A DNA stretch of 64,000 bases from Raillietiella orientalis (taxonomy: Eukaryota). Of this stretch, positions 11,301 to 23,455 are shown in pieces. The notes below the pieces were generated by a model. The model did not search any database and was not told where the DNA came from. It worked only from the letters and a program-made list of their open reading frames with translations. The DNA is taken from contig JAYWIR010000101.1 of NCBI GenBank assembly GCA_036172245.1, forward strand, positions 1 to 64,000, in the 5' to 3' direction. How positions within the stretch are numbered: the first letter of the stretch is position 1; each line of letters begins with the position of its first letter. The position numbers and the translations under genes are program-made.

Positions 11301-11785
11301 GGGCACACCTCGAATATCAATCTGGAATGGTCAGACAGTTCCGACGCAACTTTCCCCCGTTTGCCGACCCGCGAGCACAGGTCGACGTCCAGGAAAACGT
11401 GGTCGATGCTGCTGACCATTTCCGGGAGTTCCCCTAACAATTTGCGCGTGCGCATGGCAGCGCACAACTCGTTGGCCGTGCGTTCCTGTGTGCGTGGCTC
11501 ACCTGATAGCAGGCGGAGATTGAAGTCTCCCGCTATCAGGTGAGCCACGCGCACGTTCGCTTCCACCAGCCAGTCGTGCTTCAGGCTTTCCAGGAACGCC
11601 GCGCGTTCCCGGTACCTGTTATAACCGCTCGGGGCGTATACGTTTGTTACGACGAGGTCGATCGTGTCGGACCATCTGAGAATCAGCTGGCCGACACGAC
11701 CGGCTTCGTCGAAGCGCACGCCCTTCACGGCAGCGTCGACCGCCGGCTTCATGGAAAACGCGACGCCGCAGGTGTATCGGGTGCC
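8399..11785 (-). pseudogene. ORF2 of B (APE from TCGVAF onward, RT, Zn finger); N-terminus at 14456-14640
   Basis: ORF 8618..11995(-) contains all RT motifs and CIRCGERETLPHLLIDC. One late premature stop at 8618; the frame continues to TGA at 8399. Confidence 0.9.
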
Positions 11786-14455
11786 GCCAGGTGAGGATGG
11801 TCTGCCTGCGGAGTTCTTCCAGTGCTTCGCGGCGGAACTCATCCCCCTGGTGCTGAGGCTTTCTGCGCTGATGCGAGAGACGGGCAATGTCCCGGCCTCG
11901 TTTCGCTCAGCAAGGGTGCGTCTGTTGCCGAAAGGCGGAGACATGCGCCATTTAAGCAACTGGCGTCCCATCACTTTGGTGAATGCGGACGTCAAGTTGT
12001 TCTCCAGGCTGTGGGTCGCGCGCCTGGGCAGGATCGCTGGATCCGTCGTAAGTCCGGAGCAGTCTTACGCTGTTCCCGGGCGGTCCATGGAGGCGAACCT
12101 GTTCTTCGCGCGCACGTGGCTCGAGCTGCAACGCTGCGTGGCGCACGACAGCCAGGCAACCGCATCTGCGGCTGCCGAGGCTAGGCGTCGCTGCATTCGG
12201 CCCGGGGAATCGCCGGGTGCCTTGGCGGTCGCGGTCGATCTCCGCAAGGCGTTCGATTGCGTAAATCAGGATCTCCTGCTGGAGCTCCTGGAACGCATCG
12301 GTCTCCCGGTGCACCTCGTGGCGTATTTGCGCGCTTGCTGGCGCCACGCGCTCATTTCCATCTCTTTTAGCGGCTGCCACGTGTACGGCGTGCCGGTGCG
12401 GCGGGGCATCAGGTAGGGCGACAGCTTAAGCCCGTTGCTCTTCAGCATCTTCTTTGAGTTGGTGCTGAGGGCGTACAGGCTGACGCTGGCCAACCTACCG
12501 AGCTCTTGTCCAGCAACGCCGTCCGTGGCGGCCTATGCTGACGACCTGCTTCTCCTCTTACCCATGACCACCCCGGCGTCCAGTCTCGAGGATTTCTTCG
12601 AGCTGATTCCCCGAAGAGCGGCCATGAGCGTAAACCGGAGCAAGAGCGTGGTCGTACCTATTGGTGCGGCGTGGGAGGGGCAGTCCGACTGGATCCGCCT
12701 GGGGATCCCGACCGCTTCCTCCATGCATTATCTGGGCGTTCCGCTGGGGAACATCAGCCCAGTGGAAGTGTGGTCGGACTGCCTTCGGAAGGCTTCGAAT
12801 GCCCTGAGCCCGTTCCAGCATGGGAGGTTCGTCCTGCCGGAGCGGGCCACGATATGGAACACCTTCGTTGCCCCTCTCTTGCGCCCCCTGCTTTTTGTTT
12901 GCCCGTCCCCCTACTCGGCCAAGCTCCAGGCGCACAGCCTGTTGAGGAACGCTCTGTGGGGACCTGCGAGGTCCAGGATCCGCCTCAAAGACTTGGCGGC
13001 TCCGCGTCGGGATGCTGGCTTAGGCATCCTGACGCTGGAGAGAATCGAGCTGCAGGTGCAGCTTCGGATGTTGGCCCTGTGCGCCAACCTTTGGTCCACT
13101 CCGTGGTGCGCTCCCGCGCGCCTGCTTCTGCGGCGCTGCACAGGCAGCGATGGACTTCTGTCGCTACGGCCGCACACGGAGCGCGCCACGAGAAGCTTCG
13201 GTTTCCCCTTGAAACCGCTGTACGGGCTCCTGGAAGCCCAGGAATGGATCTCCTGCCGCCCAACGAACTTTGAAGCCTGGCGGCAGGAACCGTTGCATGG
13301 CTGGGCAAAGCACCAGGACGTTTCCCTCCTGGAACTCCGTTGCGCTCACCACTCCCCGTACTGCACGGTGGATGAGGTGTGCAACAGTCAGGAGAAGTGG
13401 ACCCGCCTGGCCGTCACCCCCCTCGCCGACGCACTGTCAGCCCTCAGGGCAAGAGATGACAGTTGCGAACTGGCGAGATGGGAGGTCGCCTGCACCATCG
13501 CAAGAACAACGCGACCTATTGGCGGCTGGAAGACTTGCGAGCTGAAGGACGCCGCCACACCTCGCCACGTTCCGAAGGGTGTCCTCCGGTGGAGCGAACA
13601 CTTGAGTGTGCCCCTTGAAGAACTTGTGGTTCCTCCCTCGTGTTTGAACACTTCTGTGTTCCCCCTTTCGTGGAAGCAGGACGTGATTATGCTGGTGCAT
13701 TGGGGTTTTCACTCCAACCAGCGCACGAACCTTGTTTCCGGGGGAGTTGTCTCCCCAAACTGCAAGCAATGCGGGGAAGTGGAAACGCTCCCGCACCTGC
13801 TGCTTGAGTGCGGTGCCCTTCTAGGACTGTGGCGAAGGCTGGCCTCAGCTCTCCTGCACCAGGGGGACACCGCGAGGGTCTTGATGCGCCGCTTCTTCAC
13901 GCCAGGCGGCCTGTCATTGGGTGCTGTCGTTGCAACCGTGTGTTGCACCCGCGCCATCGACAAGGCCCACCGAGAGTTGGAGAAGCTGGCCATTTTTCGT
14001 CAGCCCACCGGATTAGCCAGCGCAAACATGTCGTCGGCTGCCCAGTGGGCCCATCTGCCACAGGGCGTAAGAAGAGAGATCGCCGGCATCCATCGCCGGT
14101 TTTGAAAGGAAGGAACGGACTAACCAAAGACCCCTGTCCCCTGCCCTCCATATTTTTCTTTTATTTTTTTATATAGTAGTGTGTTTGTGGTCCCTTCCCT
14201 CCCGTTCCGGACTTTCGGCATACCGACCTGCGTGTCGGGGATCCCACCCCCTTCGTCTCTTGTTCTCCCCTTTGTCCGGGAACCCTGTTCCCGGATAGTT
14301 TATAATAAATGCCCCGGCGCACCCGGGTGGGACTTTCGGCATACCGACCTGCGTGTCGGGGATCCCACCCCCTTCGTCTCTTGTTCTCCCCTTTGTCCGG
14401 GAACCCTGTTCCCGGATAGTTTATAATAAATGCCCCGGCGCACCCGGGTGACAAC
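11786..14455 (+). mobile_element. Element C, 5'-truncated, antisense within the APE of B
   Basis: Starts at PGEDGLPAEFF; ORF2 runs to 14105 with a premature TAG at 12414-12416; ends AATAAATGCCCCGGCGCACCCGGGTGACAAC. The host reading GGRL|...GTRYTCG is split around it. Confidence 0.92.
14209..14450 (+). repeat. Perfect 121-bp tandem duplication of the 3' terminus of C
   Basis: 14209-14329 and 14330-14450 are identical by reading. Confidence 0.92.
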
Positions 14456-14643
14456 CAGCCGCCCCCCTGCGATCCTCTCAATCTCCTGGGCGTTATCCCC
14501 GGTGATCACGTGGATCTCCTGCAGGAGTGCCAGGTCGAAGTCACTCAGGGTGGCTGCCGTGTCCCGTCTGTTGCTGTCGTCGCGCAGCCCGTGGACGTTC
14601 CAAGATGCCACACGCAATCGACGGTGACAGGCGAGCCCAGGTG

Positions 14644-16713
14644 TTATTCCCGGGAAAGTGGCAATGGGGCTCCCGCCACCTGGTCGGGCGGGACGGATGG
14701 AGGCATGGGGTCACCGCCCAGCGGTTCTCCCGCCTCCACGGGGGCCGATTCCTCGGCGGACCGTAACGGTTGAAGGGAGCATGCTTCACGAACCTGATTC
14801 CCCTCTTCCATGGGGGCCGATTCCTCGACTGCGTTGGACGGCAGGGGGGAGCGGTTCTCAGCTGTCTGCTCCCCCTCTTCCATGACAATCTTCTCCGCAG
14901 GCTCCACCGGTGGAAGGGGAAGGCAATGCCCTACCTGCTCCCCCTCCTCCATGGGGGTGGCCGGCTGCTCGGTGGCGGAGGGTGGGAAAATTCCTCCCTC
15001 TGTTCCCACGCTGCCGGCTTCCCCCTCGGCTGCCGGTGCGTCCCCCTCGCTCTTCGTCGGGATGGGCCTCTTGGGATTCTTGGACTTCCGTCCAGTCTTC
15101 TTCGGAGGCGCCTCCGTGGAAGAGGACGCACTTCAGGCATCCGGGTCGTGGTCACCTGTCGGAGGTGCCCTGGTCGCGGCCGGCCTTCGCAAGGCGTTTC
15201 GCGCCCCGTTCTCACGGTCGGCGAGTTCGGCCGCGAGCTCTTCCGCCGCCTGCTGGAAGGCGGCTTCGTCGATCGCGGCGAGCGCGTCGCGCGGTTCTCC
15301 CTCTGTTTGCACAGACGGTTCGCCTTCCGTGATCGCGTTATCGTAGGCGTCGACGCGGGGGATATCTCCCCCGGTGGCGGTCTCGGGTACCTCCACACGC
15401 TCCAAAGCGACCGAACATTCGCGGATCAACGCGCGGCGTTGTCTCCTATTCAAAGGAGACGTCGCGGGTTCCGCTGTCGACCCTTTGGTTTTCTTAATTT
15501 TCTTGGCTTTAGGCTTCGCCTTCTGCCAGCCTTCGCTCTTTTCAGCGTCTTCGGTAGATTCCACGACCGGCGTTTGCTGCACGGGCTCGTGCTCCGGCTG
15601 TGGGTTCCGTCTCACGGGTGCCTTCGCAGGCTTTTCCGTAGCCCCCGCGCGTTTCCCTTTGGCCTTTTTCAAGGCAGCGGGAGCCGGGGGTTCGCGCTTC
15701 GGGCACACTTTGCGGAGGTGGCCCTTCTCTCCACAGTGGAAACACTGGATGTGAGGGCATCGCTTTTTCAGGTGCCCTGTGGCATCACAGTGTCCACAGT
15801 ACTTGGGCTTGCCCACGTACCAGACGTCGACGGTCTCGTTGCCGACGTCTAGTTTGTGGGGTAGCCCACCGTTTTCGTGGACGGTTACACGCGCACCAGC
15901 CATGCCACTAAACAGTCTTCCGTAACTCTGGAAGACGTTGGGCTTCGTCCATAGCGCGTGAACCGTTCCGTATTTTCCGAGTTCCTCCTGCACGTCGGAT
16001 TTCGACATGCGGAGGGTGACTCCCGTGAGGTGCGTCACCACGGAGCAATCCTCCGTTACCGGGAAAACCTTTCGGCCTTCCAGTGTGATTGGCGTATTCA
16101 GGAGGTGTTGAGCAAGGCTTGCATTTCTGCAAGTCACCTCCACCCGTTGACCACCACTCAACACGGAAAGACCTTCCAGGTCTTCCTCTTTTACATTCAA
16201 CCGCTGCAACTCCCTTTCGAAGTTGCGAGCGGTGTTCCCGATAAACAGATTGCCTACCTTGTATATCAGGGACGGCTTGTATCCCTGCTCCAGGTAGGCT
16301 TTCTGCTCGACGAGGGCTGCAGGAGATGGGGCTGCAGCCACTGAACTCCAGGTCTTCGGCGATGCCGAAGACGCATTCCAGGGTGCAGGTGCCCCCTTTT
16401 TCAAGGAGGCGGTTGCGCCCTTTTCCAGGGTTGCGGTTGTCCCCTTTTTCAAGGGGGCGGTTGCACCCTGTTCCAGCGTGGCTTTTGCCCCCTTTTTCAA
16501 GGGGGCGGTTGCACCCTGTTCCAGCGTGGCTTTTGCCCCCTTTTACAAGGGGGCCTTTGCCCTCACTTCCGAGGCGGCGGTTGCCCCCTTTTTCAGGGGT
16601 GCGGCTGCCGTCGCCTCCGTGGGGGCGGTTGCCCCCACCTCCGTGGGTTGGGGAGAGTAGCAGGCCTCTCCCCCTCCTATATCCATCGCGGTGTCCTCAG
16701 GCATTTCTGCCAT
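14644..16713 (-). pseudogene. ORF1 of B (CCHC knuckles, N-terminal 8-aa repeats) with two premature stops
   Basis: In-frame ORFs 16543..16746, 15133..16500 and 14644..15009; contains YCGHCDATGHLKKRC and CFHCGEKGHLRKVC. Confidence 0.87.
16380..16640 (-). repeat. 24-bp coding minisatellite in B ORF1
   Basis: Repeated GGTTGC(A/C)CC...TTTTTCAAGGGGGC units encoding ATAPLKKG / AKATLEQG-like octapeptides. Confidence 0.8.
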
Positions 16714-16801
16714 TGGACACCGCAGATGCTTCACACACAAACACAATCGAAATCAACCGCTTTACACCAGGCGCGGAGGAGCGCTACAAAAAAACGTCCT
16801 C

Positions 16802-19159
16802 ACGCCAAGTTGATAGCAGGGCTATAGGCTTCGCGACTGGGGCAGGTGGCGGAATCCGTAATTAGCCCGGAGCAGACTTATGCTGTTCCCGGGCGAAGTA
16901 TGGATGCTAACCTCTTCTTCGCAAGCACATGGGTGCACCTGCAGAGAAGAGAGAAGAAAGGGATAGGGAAAGTCAGCAACCCCACATTAGGGCCGCCAGC
17001 TAGGCTAAGAAGGGACCCCCGGGCGGTGAAGGAGACCCAAGCACTCGCAGTCGATCTCCACAAGGCGTTCGACTGTGTAGACCAGGAACTACTCTTGGAG
17101 CTCCTGTGTCGCATGGGCTTCCCACCCTCACTGATTTCCTACCTGCGCTCTTCCTGGCGGAATGCGATGATTACCGTCTCTTTCAGCGGTCACAAGGTGT
17201 ATGGCGTGCCGGTGCGGCGGGGCATAAGGCAGGGAGATAGCCTGAGTCTCCTGCTCTTCATTACCTACTTTGAGTTGGTGCTGAGAGCGTACAGGGTGAC
17301 TTTGGCCCCCTTGCCGAGCTCGTGCCCCGGCACGACCGCTGTAGCAGCGTACGCCGACGATCTTCTGCTCTTGTTGCCAATGTCCACCCCGGAAAGAGCG
17401 TACAGGGTGACTTTTCCGATCTGCTCAGCCGCGGGACCGGACTGCAGGTTAAGAGGGCAAAGTCGTCTTTGGTGCCAATAGGTGCAGCGTGGGCAGGGCA
17501 GCAGGACTGGGGATTTCCACGGCGAGGTGCTTCAAGTACCTTGGTGTGCCGTCGGGGGAATACTTCCCTGCGGAAGCGTGGTCCAGCTGCCTCCAAAAAG
17601 TCGAGACGGCGATCGGCCCGTTCCTGGAAGGAAAGTTTCACTTGCCGGAACGGGACGCGGTTTTGAACGCCTTAGCGGCCTCCATCCTCCGCCCCTTGCT
17701 TTTTGTTTGCCTTCCCACCGTGGAATGAAAGAAAAGGACAAAGGACCTCCTGTGTATCGCTTTTTGGGGCAAGAGGAGTCCCCTAGTTCCTCTGAAGGAC
17801 TTGTGCGCTCCGCGTCGGGACGGCGGTCTTGGCCTCCTGACGCTGGAGTGCGTGGAAAAGCAGCTGCGGTGGCGAACCCTCGCTATCGCAGCGAAGATGT
17901 GGAGCACCCCTTGGTGAACTCCGGCCCGCCTCCTGGCCAGCCATGTGTGCCGGTGCGATGGACTCGCGTCTTTTCTTATGAGCCGTGGCCGGTAGATGCG
18001 AAGATGCGGCCTACTGCTCGATCGCATGGCAACATTGGCCAAGGAGAACAGCTGGATGGTTTGCTGCCCCGCCAACTCCCCCGCCTGGCTGGAGGAGAAT
18101 ATTGGAACGAGGGCATTGGTTAACCAGAAGAGCCACGAAACGTGGAATCGTCTCCGATGCAGCCCCTATGCCCGCTGCAGGCTGCGCCATCTCCTGGAGA
18201 ATCCAGCAAGATGCCCGTGGGCAGAGACGACCTCCCTAGCTACGGCGCTGCCCTTCCTGAGGAGGGCACTTCACAGCAGCCGGACGCCAAGGTGCCAAGT
18301 CTCCTGCTGCATCGAGGGACGGGAGAAGTTGATTAGCGGATGGACAACAGGAGAACTGGCCGACGCCACGACCCCGAGCGTCCAGCCTCGAGGATTAGCA
18401 AGATGGGTCGAGCTGCTCGCAATCCCCAGGGATGAGCTGAAGTGGCCCCCGGTGATGAAAGAATACAGGATCCTTCCCCTCAAGTGGCAAGTGTCGGCGT
18501 TGCTCCTGTTGCACTGGGGTCTACCCTGCAACGCGCGCCTCTTCCACTGGACGAGGGGAGTGGTAGATCCTGCGTGTGCCAGGTGCGGGGAGCGGGATTC
18601 GCTACCCCACCTTATTGTGGATTGTGCTGCCCTTCGACCACTGTGGGAACGGTTCGGGACGACCCTCGGGCTTAATACGGGCAGCACCCTTAGAGACGTT
18701 CTTCGGCCCTTCTTCGTGAAGGACGCACTGCAGCCAGCCGCAGCCATCGCAGCCTTGTGCTGCGTCCGTGGCATCGTGGCGGCATGAAGCGACGCCAACA
18801 ACGAAGAAGTGGGTCCACACGCGAGGTATGTCATCCCATAGGCCCAACGCTTCTTGCGGAGAGCTGCCGGATGGCGCCAACTTGGGAATATGCAGACAAA
18901 CTTGGAGGGCTTCCTTCGACGGATGGGCCCTCCTCACAGCGACCAGTGTTGCCTTCCCTGCCCTCTAACTTCTTTTTGTTTGTTTCTTTTTTATTTTTCT
19001 TTTTGTATTTCTCCCCTCATCCCCTTTCGCTGTCGGGGAGTGCCACGCCGGGCTGCGTCCCGGTGTCCCGACAGGTCCTGTGTTAACGGCCGTGGTGGAG
19101 CCTCGTGCCAAGCATGTAGAATTTACAAATAAACGCCCCGGGCGTACGCGGGTGATAAC
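16802..19159 (+). mobile_element. Element A, 3' part (RT, Zn finger, 3' UTR), frameshifted
   Basis: Resumes at the TSD with AKLIAGL; KAFD, YADD, CARCGERDSLPH; AATAAA at 19128; ends GGTGATAAC. Confidence 0.9.
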
Positions 19160-20330
19160 GCCGAAACCTGTGACGAGAGGACGTATTTTTCCTATGCTCC
19201 CGAGTGAGTCCACTGGTAGCGGGTTGTTTTAATGTTTGTTTTGTGTGGAACATCGTTGGTGTCCGATGGCAGCGATCCCTCAGGACACTACGATGGAGGT
19301 AGGTGTGGGGAGGCTTTTCCACCCCCACAGCCTACAGAATCAGTGGCATCCGCCCCGGAATCGCCCTCGTCGCCCAAGACGAAGAGCTGGAGCGCCATGG
19401 TGGCCGTGCCGAGCGCGGAAACCATGGCAGAGATGGCGGCCTACCGGGCAGCTGGGTACAAGCCCAGCTTGGTGTATCAGGTAGGCAATCTCTTTGACGA
19501 GCGAACTGCACGCGCATTTTCGAAGGCGCTGCAGAACGCCAACGTGTTAGAGAAGGATCTTGACGGTCCATCCGTGCTCAGAGGGGGTCAGCGAGTCGAG
19601 GTAGTCTGCAAGGACATCACCTTGCGCAAAGCTTGATTACTACCCCGCTGAACGTGGACGGACGCAAGATCCTACCAGTCACGATGGACCGCTCCGTAGT
19701 GGTCCATCTGACAGGGATCACCAGCCGCATGACGCGGTCTGCGGTTGGTGATCAGTTAAGAAAATATGGCGATGTTCACGCGCTATGGCCAAAGGCCACA
19801 ATCTTTGATGGCTACGATAGCCTTTTCGGAGGGCAGGCCGCCGCGCGCGTGACGGTCAAGGAGAGTGGGCTTCCCCACAAACTAGAGGTCAATGAAGAAG
19901 TCGTAGACATCTGGTACGTGGGGAAACCCCGCTTTTGTGGCTACTGCAATGCAGTAGGACACTTGCGCAAGCGGTGCCCGAACATTGTGTGCCACTTATG
20001 CGGGGAGGAGGGCCACGTGCGCCGCGTGTGCCCTAAACTCCCCACTCCGGTGCCCCCTGCTGCAAAGAAAGCGCAGGCAAAACGCGGTAAATTGGTCAAA
20101 AGACCAAAGAGAGATACTGGCCGGCAGCAGCCGCAAGCCTCCGTTCCTCCCACACAGGCGTCGGAAGAGAAAACTTTCGGAGACGAGGGATTACAGGACA
20201 ACTGGTGACTGGTTGAGGCCAGAAAGGAGAAAACGGTGCCCCCGCGGATCCCGCGAAAGCGGTGAAAAAGACAGCCGGCAAGGCGAAAAAACCTGGGCCG
20301 CTCTCGAAGACTCTGAGGGAATGTACGGTG
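19160..20330 (+). mobile_element. Element E, 5' UTR and frameshifted ORF1 only
   Basis: GGACGT at 19179; FCGYCNAVGHLRKRC and CHLCGEEGHVRRVC; B-like ORF1; fused to F at ~20330. Confidence 0.85.
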
Positions 20331-23300
20331 GCACACCAAGGGGTGCTCCACAGCTTGAATGCGATAGCGAAGGTTCGCCATCGCAGCTGAATTTCCATGC
20401 ACTCCAGCGTCAGGAGACCTAGACCACCATCACGACGAGGAGCGCAAAAGTCCTTTAAGCGGACACGAGCCCTCCCGTTGCCCCAAAGGGCGATACAAAG
20501 AAGGTCCTTTGTCCGCTTTTTAATTCTCTCTGTGGGGGGGCAACCCAAAAGCAGGGGGCGGAGGAGAGGAGCCGCCAACGTGTTCCAAACCGCGGCCCGT
20601 TCAGGCAGAACAAAACTGCCGCCTCGGAACGGGCCGATCGCCGTCTCTACTTTTTGGAGGCAGCTGGACAACGCTTCCGCAGGGGAGTAGTCCCCCAACA
20701 GCACACCAAGGTACTTAAAGTACCTCAGCGTAAGGATCCCCAAAGGGACCCAGTCCTGCTGTCCTGCCTACGCCGCACCTACTGGCACCACCGACGACTT
20801 CGCCCTGTTGACCTGCAATCCGGTCCCACGGCTGAGCAGATCGAAGAAGTCTCCGACCGCCTTCGCCGGGGTGGACATTGGCAACAAGAGCAGAATATCG
20901 TAGGCGTACGCTGCTACGGCGGGCGTGCCGGGGCACGAGCTCGGCAAGGGGGCCAAAGTCACCCTGTATGCTCTCAGCACCAACTCAAAGTAGGTACTGA
21001 AGAGCAAGGGGCTCAGTCTGTCTCCCTGCCGGATCCCACGCCGCATTTGCACGTTGTGCACTGTCTGCCCGCTGAAAGAAACGTTGATGAGCGCGTCGCG
21101 CCAGCAGGAGCGCAGATAGGCCACTAATGAGGCCAAGAAGCCCAAGCGTTCCAGAAGGTTTAGAAGGAGATTCCGGTCGACGCAATCGAATGCTTTGCGC
21201 AAGTCGACTGCGACCGTAAGGGCTCCCTCTATCACCCGACCATCCGACCTCTTGCCGGCGCACGCACCGGAATTCCCGCTGCGCAGCAAGCTCCTTTCTT
21301 GTTAAAGCTCTAGCCAGGTGGAAGCGTGGAACAGGTTCGTCTCCATGCTCCGCCCGGGAACAGAATATATCTGTTCCAGGCTGATATAGATGTTGACAAC
21401 CCATCCCAGATGCTCTGCCAAAACCTTCGCTAGCAACTTGGCGTAAGCATTCACTATTGTGATGGGACGCTAGTTCATGCTCCTCAGATCTCCTCCCTTA
21501 GGAAGGAGCCGCACCTTTGCCGAACGAAACAAGGCGGGAACGTCACCTGTTTCTCGTATCAGCAAGGTGAGTTGCTGTACCAGGGAGGTAAGCTCAGCCG
21601 CGAAAGTTTGGTAAAACTCCGCGGGCAGGCGGTCCTCCCCAGGAGCCTTGAGCCTCTTGAGCTTTCCGATGGCCGAGAGGATCTCGTCCATCGTGAAAGG
21701 CTCGTCGAAGGTATTTCTCTGCTCTTCCCCGATCGCTGGAGCGCCTTTCGGAAGCAGGAGTCATGAGACGCTCCTCTCCGGAGGTTCCCTGGCATACAGG
21801 AAGGAGTAGTAACTCCGCAGCAGGCCGCGGATATGGGCAGGTGCCGAGTGCTCCTGGCCATGATCGTCCAGCAAGCAAGCCGATCCGGATTGCCAGGCTT
21901 GCCTCTCGGCTCCCGCTTTGTATTCCGCCAGCCTGCGGATGTCGGGGGTACTGGCGTAACGACGGGCCTGCAAGTAGGCTCGTTCGTTACGGACCCCGGT
22001 CCCAAAACCCGTAGGTAGGCGGTGCAGAGGGAACTGGTCGCAGAACTCCTGGACCGACCGCTTGAAGCGGTCCAAATCCTGGAGTGTCCGCAGCCCGAAG
22101 CTCCGTATGAACGTGCGGAGATGTTCCGCTGCGTCCGGGAAATTTAGCCAGTCCCCAGGGAGACGCGATGCTGACAAGGGGGGGCCCCTGTCGCGCGGAT
22201 GGATCTCGAGGACTAGCGGGCGTTGGTCTGACAGCTCGCAGGGTAACTTGCCGCGCCTGCCCACGCGAGGCCACAGGTGCTCGTCAAGAAACACGTGGTC
22301 AATGCTGTCTTGCATCCCCGGTTCACTGGCCAACAAATTACAGGTGTGCACCGCCATGCACACCTCGTTGACCAGGTCACGCTCGGGATTCTGCCCATCT
22401 GGTTTCAGGCGAACGTTGAAATCGCCTGCAACCAGATGGGCATTCCGCACGCCTGCTTCGGCCAGCCAGTCTCGCCGGAGGTCAAGTGAAATCTCTTTTC
22501 TCGCCCTCCTGTTCATCAGGTCCACGCTGCTCGGTGGGTACACGTTCGTGACGATCAGATCGACCGAGTCGGACCACCTGAGAGTCAGCTGGCCGAGACG
22601 ACCGTGATCGCCGAACCGCACGCCCCGAGCCGCGGCCTCGACGGCTGGCCGAAGCAGGTAGGCGACACCGCAACTTTTCGCTCTCCCACACCTGTACCAT
22701 AGCCGCCCTCCGGAGATCCGTTCGATCTCTTGCGCTTGTTCTGCAGAGATCACGTGGATCTCCTGCAGCAGCGCAAGGTCGTAGGACTCCAGAAGGGCGG
22801 CCATGTCTCGTCTCCTGCCGGCGTCTGTCATGCCGTTCACGTTCCAAACGGCGATGCGCAGACGACGGCGGGAGGAGATTCCCGGCATTACTGCTGGGAA
22901 GATTAAGGTGTGGGGGAGAGCTCCTGTTGCGAGGCGGGCGGGATGTCCATGGGGGTTTCGGCCTTCTCAGGCACCTGAGGCACCTGTTCGGCCTCCACCC
23001 CCTCCATCCCCTCCGTGTCCGCTCGTGGGAGTCTCTCGGGCGACGGGTCCCGAGAGTTTCCCACGCTCATGGCACCCTCGCTTGCGGAAGCCATCTCTTC
23101 CCCTTCGACGGGGGAGACGAGCTTCCTTGGCTTTGTGGACTTACGTCCAGCCTTCTTGCGCGGTGCCGTGGAAACGGAGGCTGCAATTCCGGCCTCCACC
23201 TCAGGGTCGGAAGTGGGGAACTCCTGAGGGGAGGCCGGGCGCCTTACGGCCTTCTTGCCAGCCTTGGAGGGTTCTGGCTGCAACGAGGCTGCCAGCTTCT

Positions 23301-23455
23301 CCGCGGCTCGCGCGAAGGCTACGTCATCGATGGTGGTGTCGATGACGGACGCCGCCGCCGGCTCGCTCCCCTCGCTGTTGACAGAGTCAACAGAGGGGTG
23401 GTCGTCGGTAGCGGCGAGTTCTTTCGCAGCGGTCGAGAATACGGTCCACGACAAC
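20331..23455 (-). mobile_element. Element F (A/J family): ORF1 C-terminus, APE, RT; 3' end lost; interrupted by G
   Basis: ORF 21761..22888(-) MPGISS... is nearly identical to A/J; RT fragments continue to LWSTPWC. Confidence 0.9.

Larger units (their letters stand above)
8186..16801 (-). mobile_element. Element B, full-length, antisense within A, itself interrupted by C
   Basis: 15-bp TSD ACGCCAAGTTGATAG at 8171-8185 and 16802-16816; 5' GAGGACGT; 3' AATAAACTCCCCGGCGTTACCGGGTGGCAAC. Confidence 0.93.

Noticed and set aside
8618..11995. 1125-aa ORF as an intact ORF2
   Set aside because: Its N-terminus is antisense read-through from C; the real APE N-terminus is at 14456-14640 and there is a premature stop at 8618.
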